Shown piece after piece: positions 60,104 through 64,000 of a DNA stretch of 64,000 bases. The notes beneath the pieces are model-generated. The model did no database searches and had not been told where the DNA came from. It was given only the letters and a program-made list of their open reading frames with translations. A program made the position numbers and the translations under genes. Within the stretch, counting starts at the first letter, position 1, and each line of letters begins with the position of its first letter. Source of the DNA: Pontiella sp. (GTDB lineage: Bacteria; Verrucomicrobiota; Kiritimatiellia; Kiritimatiellales; Pontiellaceae); the NCBI GenBank assembly GCA_050290185.1, contig JBNKHE010000006.1:192001-256000 (forward strand). Direction: 5' to 3'.

Positions 60104-60960
60104 TACAGATCACCGAAAGAAAGTGTATCCAACATACGGCAAACATCGCAAGTGTCTAATACATCATGCACGCGCAAAATATGTGATCCATGGGTCACGG
60201 CCCATGCTGCAACTCCAAGGCTGCCTGCCAGACGGTCTTCTGGCCGTGGGCGTCCCGTAAGCTGTCCGATGAAGCTTTTGCGCGATGCGCCAACCAGAAC
60301 AGGGCAACCGCATAACGTCAGTTGCGGCAGGTTGCGCAGCAGTTCGAGATTGTGTTCGACGGTCTTGCCGAAGCCGATCCCCGGATCGATTGCGATCCGG
60401 TTGGGGGGCACCCCATGTTGATCGGCAAAATCAATGCGCGACTTGAGATAAGCGCATACTTCGGCCGTCACATCTTTGTAGACCGGGTTTTCCTGCATGG
60501 TGCGCGGTGTGCCCTTCATGTGCATCAAAACCACACCGGCTCCTGATTCGGCGGCAATTCTGGCCATGTCGGGGTCGGCTTCGAACGCGGAAACATCGTT
60601 GATAATATCGGCACCGGCCGCGATCGCTGCGGTCGCAACGCTGGCCTTCGTTGTGTCGATCGATAGGGGAATATCAGACTGCGCCCGGATTCCACTAATG
60701 ACCGGAACCGTTCGCTGGATTTCCTCATCTTCGGATACGGAACCGGCACCGGGGCGGGTCGATTCCCCGCCAATGTCGATGATATCAGCGCCTTGTTTCA
60801 CCATTTCAAGCGCATGCTGCACAGCAGCCGTTGGATCGATAAATTCGCCGCCATCGGAAAATGAATCGGGCGTTACGTTCAGAATGCCCATAACGAGCGT
60901 ACGTTCGCCTAGCTTGATGACGCGGTCGCGGCAAATCCAATTGAAGTGTTTGCGGTTCAT
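60103..60960 (-). CDS. folP: dihydropteroate synthase
   Basis: MGILNVTPDSFSDGG, GGESTRPG, DPGIGFGK, SRKSF, LRVHDV. Confidence 0.97.
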   Translation of the reverse strand: MNRKHFNWICRDRVIKLGERTLVMGILNVTPDSFSDGGEFIDPTAAVQHALEMVKQGADIIDIGGESTRPGAGSVSEDEEIQRTVPVISGIRAQSDIPLSIDTTKASVATAAIAAGADIINDVSAFEADPDMARIAAESGAGVVLMHMKGTPRTMQENPVYKDVTAEVCAYLKSRIDFADQHGVPPNRIAIDPGIGFGKTVEHNLELLRNLPQLTLCGCPVLVGASRKSFIGQLTGRPRPEDRLAGSLGVAAWAVTHGSHILRVHDVLDTCDVCRMLDTLSFGDL

Positions 60961-60970
60961 GATGGACTAC

Positions 60971-61741
60971 TTATAACACGACTTTCAGGCCGTCCCAAGG
61001 CACGGTTACGGTATCGCCCAGCCGGGCTTGGAGATCGTGGTGCTCGGAGCAGTGGGTGAGGTGGGTGATGAACGATTGCCGGGCTCCAATATGAGCGAGT
61101 TGTTCGATGCATTGATCGATATTAAAGTGGGTAGGGTGCTCCTGCGGACGCAGGCCGTCGAGAATCATGGCGTCCAAATCGCCAAGCAGGAGCATCGTTT
61201 CTTCAGGAATGCGGTTGCAGTCGGGAATATAACCCAGCCGTTTGTCATCGCCCTCAATGAGGAAGCCGTAAATCATTTCCTGGCCATGCCAGACGGGTAG
61301 GGGGGTAATCCGCACATCGCCTACAGCAACCGGTTCGGTCTGTTCGGTGAACTGCACACGCGGTACGCTCTCAAAGCTGTAGCTCGGTTTGTCGACATAG
61401 TCGAATTTCTTGCGCATCAGCTGGATTGTTTCGGCCGATCCGTAGACCGGGATATGCTGTTCCTGCAGGGTGCTGAAGCGCCGGACGTCGTCGAATCCGA
61501 AGATATGGTCTGCATGGGGATGAGTGAGAAACACCGCATCCACGCGCTCGACGCCGAAGGTTAGCACCTGGTCTCGGAAATCCGGCGGTGTATCAAACAC
61601 CAGATATTGGCCGTCGGTTACGACGTAAAGACTGCAACGCCGCCGCTTGTTCTTGATGTCGCCGGACATGCAGACCGGACATGAACACCCGATCATGGGG
61701 ATGCCGTGCGAGGTTCCGGTTCCTAGGAAAGTGAACTCCAT
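60971..61741 (-). CDS. PhnP-like MBL-fold metallohydrolase
   Basis: FLGTGTSHG.P..GC.C.VC, THPHADH; start at ATG 61741. Confidence 0.92.
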   Translation of the reverse strand: MEFTFLGTGTSHGIPMIGCSCPVCMSGDIKNKRRRCSLYVVTDGQYLVFDTPPDFRDQVLTFGVERVDAVFLTHPHADHIFGFDDVRRFSTLQEQHIPVYGSAETIQLMRKKFDYVDKPSYSFESVPRVQFTEQTEPVAVGDVRITPLPVWHGQEMIYGFLIEGDDKRLGYIPDCNRIPEETMLLLGDLDAMILDGLRPQEHPTHFNIDQCIEQLAHIGARQSFITHLTHCSEHHDLQARLGDTVTVPWDGLKVVL

Positions 61742-61742
61742 A

Positions 61743-62507
61743 TCAGGCCACCGTACAATGCCGCACCAGCGCCTTGCTGCGCGGGAAGATGATATCGAAC
61801 CGGTCGGGCAGGGGGGCGCCAATGTTGATATCGGGCTGGAACGCAACATTGCGCAAGAGGAGATACTTGCCGGAATACTCCTGCAGCAGGCCCGCAAATT
61901 CGATCACCTGGCCGTCTTCGAGCATTTCAACGATCACCTGTTTGCTCAGATATTTTTCCAGCACCGGTTCATAGGCGTTGGGAACCGTTCCCAGCAGGGT
62001 ATTGCCGATCTCCCCGGCGCGCTTGTCCGCTCCGGCCACCTTGCCGATCGGCGTGCTCTTTTTCATGCTGCCGATCAGCATTCCCATGGATTGCGAAACG
62101 GCATCGCGCAACGTATTGAAGACGTTCCATAGCCAACGCTTAAACCGGCGCAGCAGCGAGGGGTTGGCGATGCGCCGGATCTCCTTCTGCCATTTTTCGT
62201 ATTCCGCGGTTCCGGCAAGCGGCGGTGGCTGGAGGATTTTTTTGATGCCGTCGACCTCCGGTGAATAGAGCACGTAGCTGGCTTTCTTGAAGCCCGATTC
62301 GTCCGCTTCCGGATGCTCGAACACCAGCTCCATGGCTTTCGGATAGGCAATAAAACGACCCCACATCCATTTTCCTGATTCCATCCGGATCATAACCGGA
62401 TGCCGGTTGAAATATTTCAGACAGCGGTCGCGTTTGCGCCGGGTGGCGATTGCGGTAATCGTTGCCGCCACGAACAACAGAATCATGGGGATCCAAAAAT
62501 CGAGCAT
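61743..62507 (-). CDS. hypothetical membrane-anchored protein
   Basis: N-terminal TM; operon-like spacing; AAGGA RBS. Confidence 0.75.
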   Translation of the reverse strand: MLDFWIPMILLFVAATITAIATRRKRDRCLKYFNRHPVMIRMESGKWMWGRFIAYPKAMELVFEHPEADESGFKKASYVLYSPEVDGIKKILQPPPLAGTAEYEKWQKEIRRIANPSLLRRFKRWLWNVFNTLRDAVSQSMGMLIGSMKKSTPIGKVAGADKRAGEIGNTLLGTVPNAYEPVLEKYLSKQVIVEMLEDGQVIEFAGLLQEYSGKYLLLRNVAFQPDINIGAPLPDRFDIIFPRSKALVRHCTVA

Positions 62508-62625
62508 CTGTATTTCCTTCCGTGTAACTGGTCGTCTTTACGTTGATAAAGAAAGTGGTGTCCTGTTGGACACCACGCAATACACGGAAGCGACTGGAAT
62601 TAAAAGCCTCTTTCCGGTTCTTTAC

Positions 62626-62844
62626 CTAACCCGCGGTGTGTTCGCGGTAGTGGCTGTCGCGCCAGCAACGGGGAAGCTGTTCGCCCGAGGGGAAAAGCAG
62701 ATCCGACTTCTCGTACTTTCCTACATCCATCGTATCTTCCCCGGCTTGTGTACGGGCGGACACCCGCTCGACGAACGGGTCGAAGATTTCCTGCAGATCG
62801 AGTGCTTCAACAAGATCTTTCGTTGGTGCATGTCTTAAAAACAT
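62626..62844 (-). CDS. small conserved hypothetical protein (paralog A)
   Basis: MFLRH..T.DLVE..DL...FPSGE.LP.CW.DSHY; GGAAGG RBS. Confidence 0.8.
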   Translation of the reverse strand: MFLRHAPTKDLVEALDLQEIFDPFVERVSARTQAGEDTMDVGKYEKSDLLFPSGEQLPRCWRDSHYREHTAG

Positions 62845-62867
62845 ATCGAACCTTCCTCTCTTCAGCG

Positions 62868-63086
62868 CTATGCGGCCGCATGTTCGTTATAATGGCTATC
62901 CAGCCAGCACAACGGCAATGATTCCCCCGAAGGGAAGATCAGCTCTGTTTTCAGGAAGTTTTCGGGTCGGTTAACAACCTCTCCGGCATAGGACCGGGCC
63001 CGAATAGTGGGTGATGCGGAGTTGATGACATCCGTAAGGTCAACGACCTCGACCATATCTCCCGTAGGAACATGTTTTAGATACAT
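62868..63086 (-). CDS. small conserved hypothetical protein (paralog B)
   Basis: Same motif set and same length (72 aa); GGAGGT RBS. Confidence 0.8.
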   Translation of the reverse strand: MYLKHVPTGDMVEVVDLTDVINSASPTIRARSYAGEVVNRPENFLKTELIFPSGESLPLCWLDSHYNEHAAA

Positions 63087-63169
63087 GACTTACCTCCATC
63101 GCTTTATTTCCCTTTTTGACCCAGATGGAACAATAAAGGTTCAAACCGCGGATGAATGGGCCATGACGG

Positions 63170-64000
63170 CTATGCGTTGGCAACCTGTTCGTTGCCGGCT
63201 TTGCGCAGCATAAACCATTTCATCGGAAGTCCCAGCCAGGCCGTTATCATGCCGCGACCGACAAAAAACATGCAAATGACGCCGACGGTCAACGAAGCCA
63301 CAATCAGCCGGCCCACGCTACGGTAGCCAAATCCCGTCATAAAACCGGCCACAATGGCGGAAACAACCATGCCGCAGGTCAGGAGCAGGTTGACGATGGT
63401 ATCGTAAAAGAAGGTACCCACGGTGTAGGAAGAGGATTGCACGGAGGACTGATCGATCCCCAGCATGCCCGAAACCATATTCAGCATCCCCAGGGTAAAG
63501 GTAATCAACAACAGGGTAATCATGACGTAGCCGCTGCCGAATACAAATGCAGCGAACTTGGTCCGTTTCTGAATGGTGCGCGAGAGAAACAGTTTTTTAC
63601 CATGGGTCATGAATGCGCGCATTACGCCATAGGCCCAGCGCATTTGCTGGCGGAACAGATCGCCGGGGGTGTAGGGCACTTCGCAACGTATACGCAGGTC
63701 GTCCACGTAGGCGATTTTCTTGCCGGCGGTGATCATGCGCAGCGAATAGTCGACATCCTCAGTCAATGCGCCGGCGGTCCAGCCTCCCTGTTCCACAAGA
63801 TAGCTCTTCTTGACCAGCTCGCCCGAGCCGCAGAAGACGCAGCTTTTCGTGATGGCTTTCAGGAAAGGCAGGATGACGATGTGGATAATATTGACGATGC
63901 CGGTTCCCATCAGCGTGCTGTGGTTGTCGTGCACGTTGATGATCCGCCACGCGGCCTGTGCGCCGGCCAGTGAAGGATCCTTGATCACCGGAACGACCAG
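63170..64000 (-). CDS. glycosyltransferase family 2, membrane-bound (5' part outside window)
   Basis: FCGSG, LTEDVD, QQMRW (QxxRW), C-terminal TM helices. Confidence 0.88.
   Translation of the reverse strand: MVVPVIKDPSLAGAQAAWRIINVHDNHSTLMGTGIVNIIHIVILPFLKAITKSCVFCGSGELVKKSYLVEQGGWTAGALTEDVDYSLRMITAGKKIAYVDDLRIRCEVPYTPGDLFRQQMRWAYGVMRAFMTHGKKLFLSRTIQKRTKFAAFVFGSGYVMITLLLITFTLGMLNMVSGMLGIDQSSVQSSSYTVGTFFYDTIVNLLLTCGMVVSAIVAGFMTGFGYRSVGRLIVASLTVGVICMFFVGRGMITAWLGLPMKWFMLRKAGNEQVANA

Noticed and set aside
57554..60960. folP-cdaA-cdaR cluster as novel
   Set aside because: Well-known conserved gene order; only the absence of glmM is notable.

Overview
Bacterial chromosomal window spanning the replication origin (dnaA-oriC-dnaN, tRNA-Gln, mnmG with two embedded parS sites, tRNA-Lys). 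Gene content suggests the PVC superphylum, probably Kiritimatiellota/Pontiella-like (inference only). The left part has a PrsW-type protease, an ECF sigma/NrsF pair, a GH105-type hydrolase, and a signalling cluster: three tandem beta-propeller/Y_Y_Y histidine kinases, a hybrid kinase, a single-domain receiver and a REC-PP2C/STAS pair. The right part has folP-cdaA-cdaR and a partial GT2. The most striking unexplained structure is a ~13 kb array downstream of leuS. Four recognisable and two vestigial copies of the last ~22 leuS codons (synonymously diverged, same orientation, shared 5' boundary, some with a shared ~40 bp non-leuS arm) separate 0.8-3.6 kb blocks of unrelated accessory genes, and no integrase is visible. 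This is a candidate leuS-3'-end-anchored cassette array. All assignments come from reading motifs by eye; no searches were run.
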